This document shows positions 50,613 to 60,894 of a stretch of 64,000 nucleotides of DNA, in pieces (the first letter of the stretch is position 1; each line of letters opens with the position of its first letter). The notes under the pieces were generated by a model, which saw only the letters and a program-made list of their open reading frames with translations, did not search any database and was not told the origin of the DNA. Made by a program: the position numbers and the translations under genes. The stretch comes from Candidatus Cloacimonadales bacterium. GTDB taxonomy: Bacteria > Cloacimonadota > Cloacimonadia > Cloacimonadales > JAIOQZ01. Location: positions 3,520,001 to 3,584,000 of the forward strand of contig OY771587.1 of NCBI GenBank assembly GCA_963674825.1, given 5' to 3'.

Positions 50613-51604
50613 TTTTAAAACCAAAGATAGATCCCGAGTTGGAGAAAGATTTCATTCGGCACATCCTGGAGATGAAGCTGGATTACTACCAGTATGAGCT
50701 ACCTGACAGGCATGCAATCTATGTCCGTCACGATATTCCGCCCCAAGACCTTAACATTCTGACGCATCATGAAGCCGTCGAGAATGTCGTGCGACTCAGT
50801 GGTCAGCAGAAGCAGGTTTCCAGTTCTCAGCCTCCGGTTGCAATTGAAATTGGTGACGAAGCTATCTCTCGTGAGACTTTCACGATTATGGCAGGACCCT
50901 GTACGTTCATCGATGAGAGCGACCTTTCCGCTGTTGCGGAGAAGCTTGCCGAAGAGGGAGTTAAGTTCTTGCGCGCAGGTGTTTTTAAGTTGCGAACGTC
51001 TCCTTATTCATACCCGGGACCCGGAGTGAAGGGTCTGGATATCCTTCGTCGCGTCACCGAGAAATTCGGGATGCATTCGATTACTGAGGTCACATCGATC
51101 GAGGATGCAAAGATGTCAGCTCAATATGTGGATATCTTGCAGGTTGGTACGCGGAACATGTACAATGTGCCGATGCTTTCGACACTGGGTAAGATCGGGA
51201 AACCGGTGCTGCTGAAGCGAGGTCTTTCGAGCACCTACGAGGAATGGCTGTACGCTGCAGAGCATATTGCGGTTCAAGGTTGTACGGATATTATTCTGTG
51301 TGAACGGGGGATTCGCACCTACGATAGCTATTTACGCAACACGCCGGATATCGCGGCGATACCTGTTATGAAATCGATGAGTAGATTGCCGGTGATTTTC
51401 GATCCGTCGCATGCGACAGGTAAAAGGGAGATGGTCAGACCGCTCTCACTTGCGGCGTGTGCGGCTGGAGCGGACGGACTTCTGATAGAAGTCCACCCGG
51501 AGCCGAATCGCTCACCGATCGATGCACATCAGACGATAGGCATTGACGAACTGAGCGGAATATTACGAGATATCAAGACGATTCGATCGATCTATAACAG
51601 CTGA
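50603..51604 (+). CDS. aroF: DAHP synthase, type I-beta, with an N-terminal regulatory domain
   Basis: 'MAGPC', 'KLRTSPYS', 'QVGTRNM', 'LLKRG', 'CERGIRT', 'DPSHATG', 'IEVHPEP'. Confidence 0.88.
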   Translation: MLVILKPKIDPELEKDFIRHILEMKLDYYQYELPDRHAIYVRHDIPPQDLNILTHHEAVENVVRLSGQQKQVSSSQPPVAIEIGDEAISRETFTIMAGPCTFIDESDLSAVAEKLAEEGVKFLRAGVFKLRTSPYSYPGPGVKGLDILRRVTEKFGMHSITEVTSIEDAKMSAQYVDILQVGTRNMYNVPMLSTLGKIGKPVLLKRGLSSTYEEWLYAAEHIAVQGCTDIILCERGIRTYDSYLRNTPDIAAIPVMKSMSRLPVIFDPSHATGKREMVRPLSLAACAAGADGLLIEVHPEPNRSPIDAHQTIGIDELSGILRDIKTIRSIYNS

Positions 51605-51606
51605 GA

Positions 51607-52323
51607 TTAGTCCAGATTGCTCTTACCGACTTTGATGATGTCGCCAGAGCCATGGACCGACTGACTGATCGATTCGGGAGATCCCTGATAATAGACATCG
51701 CCGGAACCATTCACAGACACAGCCAGTGCGTTATCAACCGCGATCTTTACATCGCCTGAACCATTGATGGTCACACTTGCGCTGCTTGAATTCATATCGA
51801 ATGCATTGACGTCACCCGAGCCATTGATCGAAACCTTGTGGCTACCGGTATTGCCTTTGAGAAGGACATCGCCTGAGCCCGAGATATGGGTTTCGACATC
51901 TTTGTAATCGACCGTCAATGAAATATCGCCAGAACCGTCGACCGCAATATAGAGCTGTTTGCCAGTGATCTTTCCATTGGAATCGATATCACCGGATCCG
52001 GCAACGCTGAGGCGTCTGACTTCAGGCATCTCGATCCTGATTTTAATGCTCTTGTGAGAGCGGATGTTGGCTTTTCTTTTAAAGGACAATACCAATGCAC
52101 CGTTATCCACTTCAGTCTCAATGAGCTCCATCAGGTTGTCTTCTGCGATAATCTCGCATGAAAAGCCATCACCTTGCGTCACGGTTACATCGGCAGACAT
52201 ACGGAGTGAAATCGAATCGAAATCCGAAACGTCACGGTTTTCCGTGATGACATTGCCCGAACCGACAATCGCGAATGTGAGTGTTGAAAAAAGGCTTAAA
52301 ACGAAAACCGCCAATCCTTTCAT
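51607..52323 (-). CDS. DUF2807 / head GIN domain secreted protein
   Basis: 'GSGNVITENRDVSDF' and repeated (V/I)xGSGD units. Confidence 0.9.
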   Translation of the reverse strand: MKGLAVFVLSLFSTLTFAIVGSGNVITENRDVSDFDSISLRMSADVTVTQGDGFSCEIIAEDNLMELIETEVDNGALVLSFKRKANIRSHKSIKIRIEMPEVRRLSVAGSGDIDSNGKITGKQLYIAVDGSGDISLTVDYKDVETHISGSGDVLLKGNTGSHKVSINGSGDVNAFDMNSSSASVTINGSGDVKIAVDNALAVSVNGSGDVYYQGSPESISQSVHGSGDIIKVGKSNLD

Positions 52324-52386
52324 GGTTACCTCCTGTTTGTTTTCTGCCGAAACAAGAGCTTATTTCTGACTCTTTCTGAGATTTCG

Positions 52387-52647
52387 TTATCTACCTTTGC
52401 GAAGTTTTTTGTCCAAATGCAGCATCGTGAACTGCCTCTTCACACGATGATTGGCAATTCGTTCCAGAACAAAGAACACAAGAATACCAATTGACAGCGA
52501 TAATACACTACATAACAACAGGAATTCGTTTTCTGTGTCCCGGAAGAACTCCAATGCCAAAATAATGCCGCCTAACAAGCCAATTACAAATATAGTAACC
52601 CCGACAATCACCATCTGTTTGCTTGACTTAGCCGTTTTGGTGAACAT
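52387..52647 (-). CDS. Small 2-TM hypothetical protein
   Basis: AAGGAG RBS; two hydrophobic helices. Confidence 0.6.
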   Translation of the reverse strand: MFTKTAKSSKQMVIVGVTIFVIGLLGGIILALEFFRDTENEFLLLCSVLSLSIGILVFFVLERIANHRVKRQFTMLHLDKKLRKGR

Positions 52648-52868
52648 AAACACTCCTTAATAAGATCAGTAAAGCAATGTTCAGTGTAATGTCAAGAAGA
52701 TTCGGCAAGTCAATGGAAAATGATTTGAGTTCACATGACAAATCCTGTATATTTTTAATATGCAATATTTGAATGCTCTGAGGTCGGAAAACTTGCCGAA
52801 AAAAAGGTTGCGTAAATCCCATGAGAAAAATAGATTGAATAAGTGAAAAATGAATATTGGGATGAAGT

Positions 52869-53561
52869 ATGTTTAATTTGAAAATCATGATTCCGCTACT
52901 GATTCTGCTTCTGCTTTCTGCTGCTGTAATTTCCTACAAAGTCTTTGTTTACGAGAGTAAAGACAAGCTCGTCCCGCGCGTTTCCGTGCTGAATCTCGAC
53001 GAGGCAATTGCGGTTCTGGAATCGCGTGGACTCGATTATCGAGTTACCAAAATTGGTGATACCGAGCCCAATCCGGACGATCCGGTTATTCGGCAGGAGC
53101 CGATCGCTGGAACGCGTGTATGGGATGATATGGTCGTTGAGTTGATTGTCTCGAACCGGCCTATGCCGCTTCCGGAAATTGACTCACTCAATGTAGCTGA
53201 AGCCGTTCGGTTGACCAACGAATATGGTTTCGAGGTTGCCGACACACTGTACGCTTACGACGATTACATCCCTGAAGGATTAGTTGTAGGCTACAAAGAT
53301 CGCAGCACGACGACTGTTTTGAAAACACCGGTGACGATCATTGTCTCCAAAGGTGTTTCCTGGGGCACGATACCGAGAGTTACTGGTATTCACGCTCAAA
53401 GAGCCGAGAAAAAGCTTCGAGACGCTGGTTTCTCGAACATAGAATTTTCAATGAAACCGGATAAAAAACTACTGGAAGGATATGTATTGGATGTCCAACC
53501 CAGTAGTGGAAGATATAGAAGAGACACGACGATCCACGTCACTGTATCAAGTGGATCGTGA
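52869..53561 (+). CDS. Membrane-anchored protein with three PASTA domains
   Basis: 'VPRVSVLNLDEA', 'VIRQEPIAG', 'LIVS', 'IPRVTG..AEKKLRDAGF'. Confidence 0.85.
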   Translation: MFNLKIMIPLLILLLLSAAVISYKVFVYESKDKLVPRVSVLNLDEAIAVLESRGLDYRVTKIGDTEPNPDDPVIRQEPIAGTRVWDDMVVELIVSNRPMPLPEIDSLNVAEAVRLTNEYGFEVADTLYAYDDYIPEGLVVGYKDRSTTTVLKTPVTIIVSKGVSWGTIPRVTGIHAQRAEKKLRDAGFSNIEFSMKPDKKLLEGYVLDVQPSSGRYRRDTTIHVTVSSGS

Positions 53562-53606
53562 TCTGATCAGCCTTAACTTTCCCCAACGGTATAAGAAGAC
53601 CCGATC

Positions 53607-55808
53607 ATGAATCGCGTATTGATCATCGAAGACGAATCCAGCATGAGGGATCTCTACAAGAGCCTGCTGGAAGACCAGTTTTATGAACTGTCGGAAGCGG
53701 AGAACGGCACGCAAGCGCTCGAAATGGCGAAAGAAGAGCCGTACGACCTCTATATAACCGATATCATGATGCCCAAGATGAGCGGAATGGAATTCCTTCG
53801 TGAGCTTAAAAAAGCCGACCCCAACGCGCATGTGATCATCGTCACCGGCTACGACGACATCTCGTACAACCGCAAGGCAATCGAATATGGCGCTTGGCGG
53901 TATCTGGTCAAGCCGGTCTCACGCGGAGAGTTTCTCAACGTCGTACGCATGGGTCTGATCGAACATAACAAGCTCGTAGATCCCGATTTCATGGATTTCG
54001 AACAAGTTCCGCAGCCAGTGCCTGAACCTGATAGCGAGTCTACCTCTGATTCAGCTCCGGAAGCTGAGCCTGAAGGAATCCTGGCGAATGAGCCGCTCCT
54101 CAAGGATATCACCTTTAAAAAGCTCGAACAGCTCAACGCCGAAGACGCCCTGGATATCTACCGTGAGAGCGAAGAAGACTTCCTCGAATTCGTTGAAATG
54201 CCACTCCAGCAACTTCTGGAAGAGATCGCGAATCAGCTACCCGAGTACATGCAATCCGTTCTAGAATCTGAAGAAAAGCTCTTCGAGCCGATTGTTCGTA
54301 AGCAAATGAAGAAAGAATTTGCCGTAAACTATTATTATGGCGCATTTTACCCGAAGGGTGGCAACAAGAGTCAGGACGGGCAACTCTATGTGGCCATCAA
54401 CGAAGATCGCTTCGAGTATGGTTTCATCATCGGAGAATACGGCGACGATCAGCGGCTTGTATTCATTGGCAACCTTCGCAATCATAAGGACCAATTGGTC
54501 GAGGATCTCGAAGACATCGTAAAGGATAGCTCCATTACGATGGGCTCACTTCTGGCAAAGCTCATGGATGCTGGTGAGATTGATCAGGATGAGATGACTC
54601 CCATCCTTTCTACGCCGAACAGCAGTCCCGGCGGTACGCATGCTTGCTATCAAATTCCGCGAGAGAAGGCAATCACTTATACGCTTGAATCAATGGTTGA
54701 GTTGGTTCTCGCCGGTTTTATTAAACTCTATCCTCTCCTGGTTCTAACGACCGGCAGCGATGCTCTGGAGAAGCTGAATCGGTCATCCAGCTTTATCCCA
54801 TCGCAGGAAGAGCTCGAATCCTGGTTGGAGAAAGAAATAACAACCGACACCTTTCAACAACAGGCACAACCCCAACTCCAGCCCAGACCTGCCAGTATTA
54901 CCGAGTTCCCAGCTGTCGAGACGCGTGAACCTGAGCCGTCAAGGCCAATTGTGCACGTTCCGGAGAGAAGATACGAGCCTCCAGCAGCGAGAATAGAGCC
55001 GGTTTACGAAAGCAGTTTTCTATTCTATCAGCCACGTTTTCTAGCTGACGAAGAACCAATTATCCCCGAACCTCCAGCTCGCTGGAAATCACTTCTCAAA
55101 CGCCGTCATCAGATATTCCTGCGCGGTGGATCAGATGTCCAGTACATGGCCGAAAACCTCGCACGGTTGATGATCAAAGATACTCAGGGCTTCCGTGACA
55201 CACTCATTTTGCATCCGTCTTTGAAATACAGCGATCTGGTCAGACAACCGAAATCAATCTATCCGGACGGCTTTATGCCGTTGTTCTTTGAGGCAGCCGG
55301 CAATACCGAAGAACCCTGTGTGTTGATTCTGAACCACTTCGATACCAGCGATCAGCTTGAAATCCTGGGAGAATACATCTATTTGCTTCAAAATCGCGGA
55401 ACCAAGCTTTCCATCACCCGTTCCAGCGAATTCCTTGTCGTGCCTAAAAACGTATATCTGATCGCGACCGGTAACGGCCCAATCGAAGACACGCGCGTGA
55501 GGGAGGTCTTCCCCACTATCGAATACAAACCCGATTATACGATCCTTGGCAACTACCTGCCAGACGAAAAGGCAATGGATTTGCTCAGCTTGCTGCAAGA
55601 GCTTTTCAACATGCAGCCAGAGCTGGAAAACGCGATCGGAGTTCAGCCGTTCCTGCGTGAGCGCGATGAGCTTGAAGAACTGATGCCAGATATCTGGGAC
55701 ATCGACATCCTGCCACTTTTTACCGCAACACTCCAGCAGAACGGCCTGAAACCTTCCGAATACAACTGGGAAAGGCTCGTTGAAACCAAGCTATCGAGCT
55801 GGAAATAA
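53607..55808 (+). CDS. Response-regulator receiver domain fused to a degenerate McrB-like AAA+ protein
   Basis: REC 'IIEDE...TDIMMP...VTG...VKP'; C-terminal McrB-like segments 'HPSLKYSDL', 'CVLIL', 'LGEYIYLLQNR', 'PKNVYLIATGN', 'DIW..DILP'. Confidence 0.7.
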   Translation: MNRVLIIEDESSMRDLYKSLLEDQFYELSEAENGTQALEMAKEEPYDLYITDIMMPKMSGMEFLRELKKADPNAHVIIVTGYDDISYNRKAIEYGAWRYLVKPVSRGEFLNVVRMGLIEHNKLVDPDFMDFEQVPQPVPEPDSESTSDSAPEAEPEGILANEPLLKDITFKKLEQLNAEDALDIYRESEEDFLEFVEMPLQQLLEEIANQLPEYMQSVLESEEKLFEPIVRKQMKKEFAVNYYYGAFYPKGGNKSQDGQLYVAINEDRFEYGFIIGEYGDDQRLVFIGNLRNHKDQLVEDLEDIVKDSSITMGSLLAKLMDAGEIDQDEMTPILSTPNSSPGGTHACYQIPREKAITYTLESMVELVLAGFIKLYPLLVLTTGSDALEKLNRSSSFIPSQEELESWLEKEITTDTFQQQAQPQLQPRPASITEFPAVETREPEPSRPIVHVPERRYEPPAARIEPVYESSFLFYQPRFLADEEPIIPEPPARWKSLLKRRHQIFLRGGSDVQYMAENLARLMIKDTQGFRDTLILHPSLKYSDLVRQPKSIYPDGFMPLFFEAAGNTEEPCVLILNHFDTSDQLEILGEYIYLLQNRGTKLSITRSSEFLVVPKNVYLIATGNGPIEDTRVREVFPTIEYKPDYTILGNYLPDEKAMDLLSLLQELFNMQPELENAIGVQPFLRERDELEELMPDIWDIDILPLFTATLQQNGLKPSEYNWERLVETKLSSWK

Positions 55809-56978
55809 GTTCACTTTCACCAGATTGATTTCTTCTACTTCACCATTTACGAGACGTGTAAGCTTCAGTTCTTTTACGCTGGGATCATCAATCCACTCCT
55901 GGATCTGGTGATTATCGAGCGCTGTAGCTTCTAATCCATTGATCGTCAGAATTTCATCTTCTGGATTGATACCAGCCAGATCAGCGGGAGATCCTTCCCA
56001 GACTCCTCGTACAATGAGCTTGTCCAATCGTCTAATAATACTCACGCCTGTTGAGAAGGATAGAGATTGCTCGATCGGATCAGTCTCTTGCAGCAGAACC
56101 ATGCGGTTGGGATAATCCAGTGTGGTTCGGTAGTCGTCCAGGAAGTGCTTACCAATGAGCATGGTGCCCTCATCAAGCATGTTTGGCAGATCGGCGAAGA
56201 GAACCGGGACATCCTTCAGCACTTTGTCGCCGATACGAATCTCATCAATCAGAGCGAGCGCGTTGCGCTGCTGCTCCGTAAATGGCCACTTCGCGAAGAA
56301 TCCCTTTGCTTTCATTACCCTGGCATCCGGAAACTTCTCGAGGAGTTCGTACGGTAAAACAAAGGCGTGATTCAGCCCGGTGTCGATCATACCATTGAGC
56401 TTCATCTTGCTGTTGACCTTCGTTTGCACTGTAGGGAAATAGGGCGCGATGATCTTCATTTTAAGCAGCAAATCACCCTGGTTCTCTTTGGTAAGCTTGG
56501 ATGGATTGCGGAAGGTGATTTCATTTCGGTTGTAATCGAACGTGACCTGGAAGAAGCGCAGGAAATCGGATCCGAGCATTCCATCGAGCTTGATATTGCT
56601 GATCTTGAAGGTATCGCCAAATGGCATAACTGCGGCTTTGAGGTTGCGCACTTCGACGCCGTTCAGTCGGATGCTTTCAACTTTGGCCAGCGAAACCCCT
56701 TCTTGTGGAGTTGCATGCAGTTCGAGGTTCAAGGTATCCGCCACTTCACGCCCGATCATGGTCATGCCTCCAGTATCCAGCACGATTGGAATTTCGCGGC
56801 CATTGAATTCGGGATGCAACGTGATAACATGCGCTGAATTCAATTCGAACGGCACGAGTTTCTCGCCGTCCAGAGGGCTCACTTCTCCACCCTTAGCCTG
56901 TTCAACAAGTTTTACTTTTACGTCACTGCACCCCATCATGCTAACGAGTAAAAGGATCATTAAAATTATAAGTCTCAT
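55791..56978 (-). CDS. Lipoprotein with two retropepsin-like aspartyl protease domains and a PDZ domain
   Basis: Lipobox 'MMGC', 'VLDTGG' and 'MIDTGL', 'GMLGSDFL', 'GSPADLAGI..EDEILTING'. Confidence 0.87.
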   Translation of the reverse strand: MRLIILMILLLVSMMGCSDVKVKLVEQAKGGEVSPLDGEKLVPFELNSAHVITLHPEFNGREIPIVLDTGGMTMIGREVADTLNLELHATPQEGVSLAKVESIRLNGVEVRNLKAAVMPFGDTFKISNIKLDGMLGSDFLRFFQVTFDYNRNEITFRNPSKLTKENQGDLLLKMKIIAPYFPTVQTKVNSKMKLNGMIDTGLNHAFVLPYELLEKFPDARVMKAKGFFAKWPFTEQQRNALALIDEIRIGDKVLKDVPVLFADLPNMLDEGTMLIGKHFLDDYRTTLDYPNRMVLLQETDPIEQSLSFSTGVSIIRRLDKLIVRGVWEGSPADLAGINPEDEILTINGLEATALDNHQIQEWIDDPSVKELKLTRLVNGEVEEINLVKVNLFPAR

Positions 56979-57592
56979 GCGTCCTCCCTATTGGGTTTGA
57001 GTAGTGTTGTCAGTAATTCGTATATATCATTCACCTGTTTGTCTATGTCCGATTCACGATCGAATGATTGGATCATTGGCAGCCCCTCGATTATCGCATG
57101 GATCATGAGAGCAAGGGTTGCTGCATCGATATCATTGCGTATGACACCTTCTCGCTGTGCTTGCTCGATCAGCAGTTTTTTAGTCTCTTCCGTTCTCTTG
57201 AAGATGCGATCAATCTTTTGGCGGATATTGTCGTTATCACGTGCAAGCGCCATACAGAGATCGTTGAATCCCATGCTGAAATCGTCAGTCTTTTCTCGAT
57301 CCAGAAGGATGTTCTCAATATGATAAAACTGTGGGATAGTAATGATGAAGTATCGCATGAAATCGTGGAACGTATTTGCTTTCATAATATTCCGTTGACT
57401 CCATGCATACGCTTTTTCTTCGAAGTAATCGATCACGCTTTCGGCAAGAATCTGCTTACTTTCGAAATGGTGATAAACCGCAGGCTTGGATATCCCTACC
57501 TGTTTAGCGATTTCATTCATGGACGTACGGTCGTATCCATACTTGAGGAATCGTTCGAGCGCGGTTCTGATAATAATCTCTTTGGTATCCAA
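56975..57592 (-). CDS. TetR/AcrR-family regulator
   Basis: 'GYDRTSMNEIAKQVGISKPAVYHHFESK'; TTG start after GGAGG. Confidence 0.93.
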   Translation of the reverse strand: MDTKEIIIRTALERFLKYGYDRTSMNEIAKQVGISKPAVYHHFESKQILAESVIDYFEEKAYAWSQRNIMKANTFHDFMRYFIITIPQFYHIENILLDREKTDDFSMGFNDLCMALARDNDNIRQKIDRIFKRTEETKKLLIEQAQREGVIRNDIDAATLALMIHAIIEGLPMIQSFDRESDIDKQVNDIYELLTTLLKPNREDA

Positions 57593-57601
57593 ATCAACCT
57601 C

Positions 57602-57617
57602 CTTACCGGTAGGTAAG
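57602..57617. promoter_or_regulatory. Putative TetR operator
   Basis: CTTACC-GGTA-GGTAAG inverted repeat abutting the tetR RBS, downstream of a minus-strand TTGACA (57644-57639). Confidence 0.6.
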
Positions 57618-57714
57618 TAATTCTGTGGCGATACTACATGTCAAGAGTTTTTATCAAACATCGTACGCTGGCTGCTATCGCCTTCGCGCCGCTCATTACT
57701 TCCCTGAATTGCAC

Positions 57715-57740
57715 AAAAAAAGGGCGAATCGCTTCGCCCT
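57715..57740 (-). terminator. argF intrinsic terminator
   Basis: agggcgaa-tcgc-ttcgccct stem with an adjoining A-run (U-tract on the minus strand). Confidence 0.8.
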
Positions 57741-57759
57741 CAAGATATATACCTTCGGA

Positions 57760-58758
57760 TTAACCGAGTGTGGCAACCATCACGGCTTTGATGGTGTGCA
57801 TACGGTTCTCGGCTTCCTGGAAGACGTGTGACTGAGGGCTTTCGAAGACCTCGTCAGTTACTTCCATTTCAGTGATTCCGAATTTCTCGAAGATTTCCTT
57901 ACCGACTTTGGTATCGGTATTGTGGAATGAAGGCAGGCAGTGCAGGAAGATGGTTCCCGGTTTACCGGTCTTGTTCATGAGTTCGCGGTTGATCTGATAC
58001 GGTTTGAGCAGAGTGATACGCTCTTCCCAAACTTCTGCCGGTTCGCCCATGGATACCCAGACGTCGGTGTAGATTACGTCTGCGCCTTTGACGCCCTCAG
58101 CGGTGTCGTCGGTGACGGTGATCTTCGCGCCGGTTTCTTTGGCGATTTCCTGGCATTTGAGGAGCAGTTCGGCATTCGGCTGAAGGCTCTTGGGGCCCAC
58201 AGCGCGGAAGTCCATACCCATCTTGGCTGCGCCAACCATCAGCGAGTTGCAAACGTTGTTGCGAGCGTCTCCGACATATGCGAATACGATGTCTTCATAG
58301 GGTTTGCGCAGGCATTCGTGCGCGGTGAGGAAGTCAGCCAGAACCTGCGTCGGATGAAATTCGTCGGTCAGTCCGTTCCAAACGGGGACGCCTGCGTTAT
58401 CGGCGAGTTCTTCCACGATTTTCTGTCCGTAGCCGCGATATTCGATACCGTCGTACATTCCGCCCAGAACGTGCGCGGTGTCTTTCATGGTCTCTTTATG
58501 TCCGATCTGGCTTCCCGAAGGTCCCAGATAGGTTACGTGTGCACCCTGATCGTACGCTGCCACTTCAAATGCGCAGCGAGTGCGGGTCGATGATTTCTCG
58601 AAAATAAGTGCGATGTTTTTACCGGTGAGCTGTTTCTGTTCGATACCGGCGTACTTGGCGTTTTTCAGGTCCCTTGAAAGGTCCAGCAAAAAGCGGATTT
58701 CTCTCGGCGTAAAATCCAGCAGGGTCAAGAAATGCCTGTTTTTCAGGTTGAAAGCCAT
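57760..58758 (-). CDS. argF: Ornithine carbamoyltransferase
   Basis: 'KSSTRTR', 'HPTQ', 'YTDVWVSMG', 'FLHCLP', 'AENRMH'; AGGAGG RBS before ATG 58758. Confidence 0.97.
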   Translation of the reverse strand: MAFNLKNRHFLTLLDFTPREIRFLLDLSRDLKNAKYAGIEQKQLTGKNIALIFEKSSTRTRCAFEVAAYDQGAHVTYLGPSGSQIGHKETMKDTAHVLGGMYDGIEYRGYGQKIVEELADNAGVPVWNGLTDEFHPTQVLADFLTAHECLRKPYEDIVFAYVGDARNNVCNSLMVGAAKMGMDFRAVGPKSLQPNAELLLKCQEIAKETGAKITVTDDTAEGVKGADVIYTDVWVSMGEPAEVWEERITLLKPYQINRELMNKTGKPGTIFLHCLPSFHNTDTKVGKEIFEKFGITEMEVTDEVFESPQSHVFQEAENRMHTIKAVMVATLG

Positions 58759-58988
58759 ACACTCCTCCTTGGATTGATTGACGTCAAACTTCCTGTTTAA
58801 CGATAGATGGCAAGAAAAATCTTGTGCGTTATCATGCGTTTGGAAAATGTGTTCGGTGGTTACCCTCTCCAAACTTCTAAATGTTTGGATAGCGTCTGAT
58901 AAACTTCCGACAATATAGTACCCTCTGAATCTGATCAAGGCGATGCAATGGTACTTATATTGTTGGGTATAATAAAAAGGAAATTGCT

Positions 58989-60878
58989 ATGAGTCTTGTA
59001 CAAGTATCGGGGCTGACGCACCATTTCGGTGGTTTCACCCTGTTCGATAATCTATCGCTCTCCATCGAGCATAACACCCGCATCGGGCTGGTGGGGCGCA
59101 ACGGAAGCGGAAAGACCACTTTGCTGGAAATGATCTTGGGTCGCATGACACCCACGGATGGAAAGCCGCAGGTCGCCAATCGCTGCCGAATCGCATACCT
59201 TACTCAGGAACCCGAATTACCAGAAGACCAGACCGTCTATCAGTACGTGTCCGGCGCAAGACAGGATATTCTCGATCTGCATCAGGAAATTCGCGATACA
59301 GAGCATGCGCTGGCGGAGGACAACACCACCGAAAACCAGATCCGTCTGGCGGAGCTCAACGATCACTTTCTCGCACTTGACGGATTCGGCTACGAAAACC
59401 AGCTCGAGATCGTTCTGACCAAGCTCAATTTGTTGCGTCCTCTTTGGGATCGCAAAATCGGGCTGCTCAGTGGTGGCGAAAAGACTCGCACCCAGCTTGC
59501 ACGCATCCTTCTGGAACCTTTTGATTTGCTCCTCATGGACGAGCCCACCAATCATCTCGATTTTAGCATGATCTTCTGGCTGGAGAAATACCTGCCGTCT
59601 CTGGGCAAGCCATATCTCATCATCAGCCACGACCGCCATTTCCTGGACGCGACGGTCACCAAGATCGGCGAAATCCGCGAGAAGCGGCTCTTCCTCTACG
59701 GTGGAAACTACTCGCAGTACGAGTTCGAGAAGAATCGTCAGGAGGAGACACAGCTCAAGCAGTTCAAGCAGCAACAGAAGCTGATCGCCAAGACCGAGGA
59801 TTTCATCCGCAAGAATATGGCCGGCCAAAAGGTGCAGCAGGCGAAATCTCGCCTCAGGATGCTGGAAAAGATGGATCGGATCGAGAAACCGATGACCGAA
59901 TCGGTCGTCAAACTGCGCATCGACAGCCAGGGGCGTAGCGGTAACGACGTTTTCCGGATGGATAACTGTAGAATCGGCTTCCCGAATCTCACACTTGCAG
60001 ACAAGGTCGATCTCAACGTCTTCTACCAGGATCGCATCGCCATCATCGGGCGAAATGGAAGCGGTAAGACGACACTCCTGAGAACCCTCATCGGAGAGCA
60101 GAATATCCTCGGCGGCAAGCTCTATCGTGGAGCCAGCCTCAATATCGGATATTACGACCAGATGCATATCAACCTCACCAACGGCAAGACCATTCGCGAG
60201 ACCATATGGGAACTTATGCCCGGCGCGCCACAGGGTGAGGTGATCGGTTATCTTGCGCGTTTCGGCTTCTACGGCGACGCGCTTGAGAAGATGGTGGACG
60301 TGCTGAGTGGTGGTGAGAAGGCAAGGCTCTATCTTTCCGTGCTGATCATGCAAAAACCCAACCTGCTCATACTCGACGAGCCCACCAACCACCTGGATAT
60401 CCTCACAGTAGGTAATCTCGAAAAAGCGCTTCAGGATTATACCGGCACCGTGATCTTCGTCTCGCACGACCTCACCTTCGTGGAGAACGTTGCCACCCGT
60501 AAATGGTTCTTCGGCGGTGGCAAGGTAGAAGAGACTGAGCTTTCCATTCAGGAACTCTTCGATCTCGAGCGGAAAGTCGATAAGAAGACTGACCGTTCCG
60601 ACAAGACGCAGCGAACCAATCCGCGCAAGGCTCGAACCAACCCCATCGTGCTCGAACGTCTGATGGACGAGATCGACGAGAAGGGAATCGAGATTCAGAA
60701 TAAACGGGATCAGCTCCACGAGAAGGAGATTACTTACGCCGATCCTTCTACTTACAGCGATTCCGAGAAAATCAGGACGCTCCAGGTGGAAATCAACGAC
60801 CTCAAGGTCGAGATCGAACGGCTGTCTCTGGAGAAAGAAGAAATGGAAGATCGATACCTCGAGATGAGTAGCGAATAA
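58989..60878 (+). CDS. ABC-F family ATPase
   Basis: Two 'GRNGSGKTT', 'LSGGEK' and 'DEPTNHLD' sets; C-terminal coiled coil; no TM segments. Confidence 0.95.
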   Translation: MSLVQVSGLTHHFGGFTLFDNLSLSIEHNTRIGLVGRNGSGKTTLLEMILGRMTPTDGKPQVANRCRIAYLTQEPELPEDQTVYQYVSGARQDILDLHQEIRDTEHALAEDNTTENQIRLAELNDHFLALDGFGYENQLEIVLTKLNLLRPLWDRKIGLLSGGEKTRTQLARILLEPFDLLLMDEPTNHLDFSMIFWLEKYLPSLGKPYLIISHDRHFLDATVTKIGEIREKRLFLYGGNYSQYEFEKNRQEETQLKQFKQQQKLIAKTEDFIRKNMAGQKVQQAKSRLRMLEKMDRIEKPMTESVVKLRIDSQGRSGNDVFRMDNCRIGFPNLTLADKVDLNVFYQDRIAIIGRNGSGKTTLLRTLIGEQNILGGKLYRGASLNIGYYDQMHINLTNGKTIRETIWELMPGAPQGEVIGYLARFGFYGDALEKMVDVLSGGEKARLYLSVLIMQKPNLLILDEPTNHLDILTVGNLEKALQDYTGTVIFVSHDLTFVENVATRKWFFGGGKVEETELSIQELFDLERKVDKKTDRSDKTQRTNPRKARTNPIVLERLMDEIDEKGIEIQNKRDQLHEKEITYADPSTYSDSEKIRTLQVEINDLKVEIERLSLEKEEMEDRYLEMSSE

Positions 60879-60894
60879 AAGAGGTTCGTGTACG

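Noticed and set aside
53607..55808. Functional McrBC restriction system
   Set aside because: Walker A, Walker B and the NxxD motif are degenerate and there is no adjacent mcrC.
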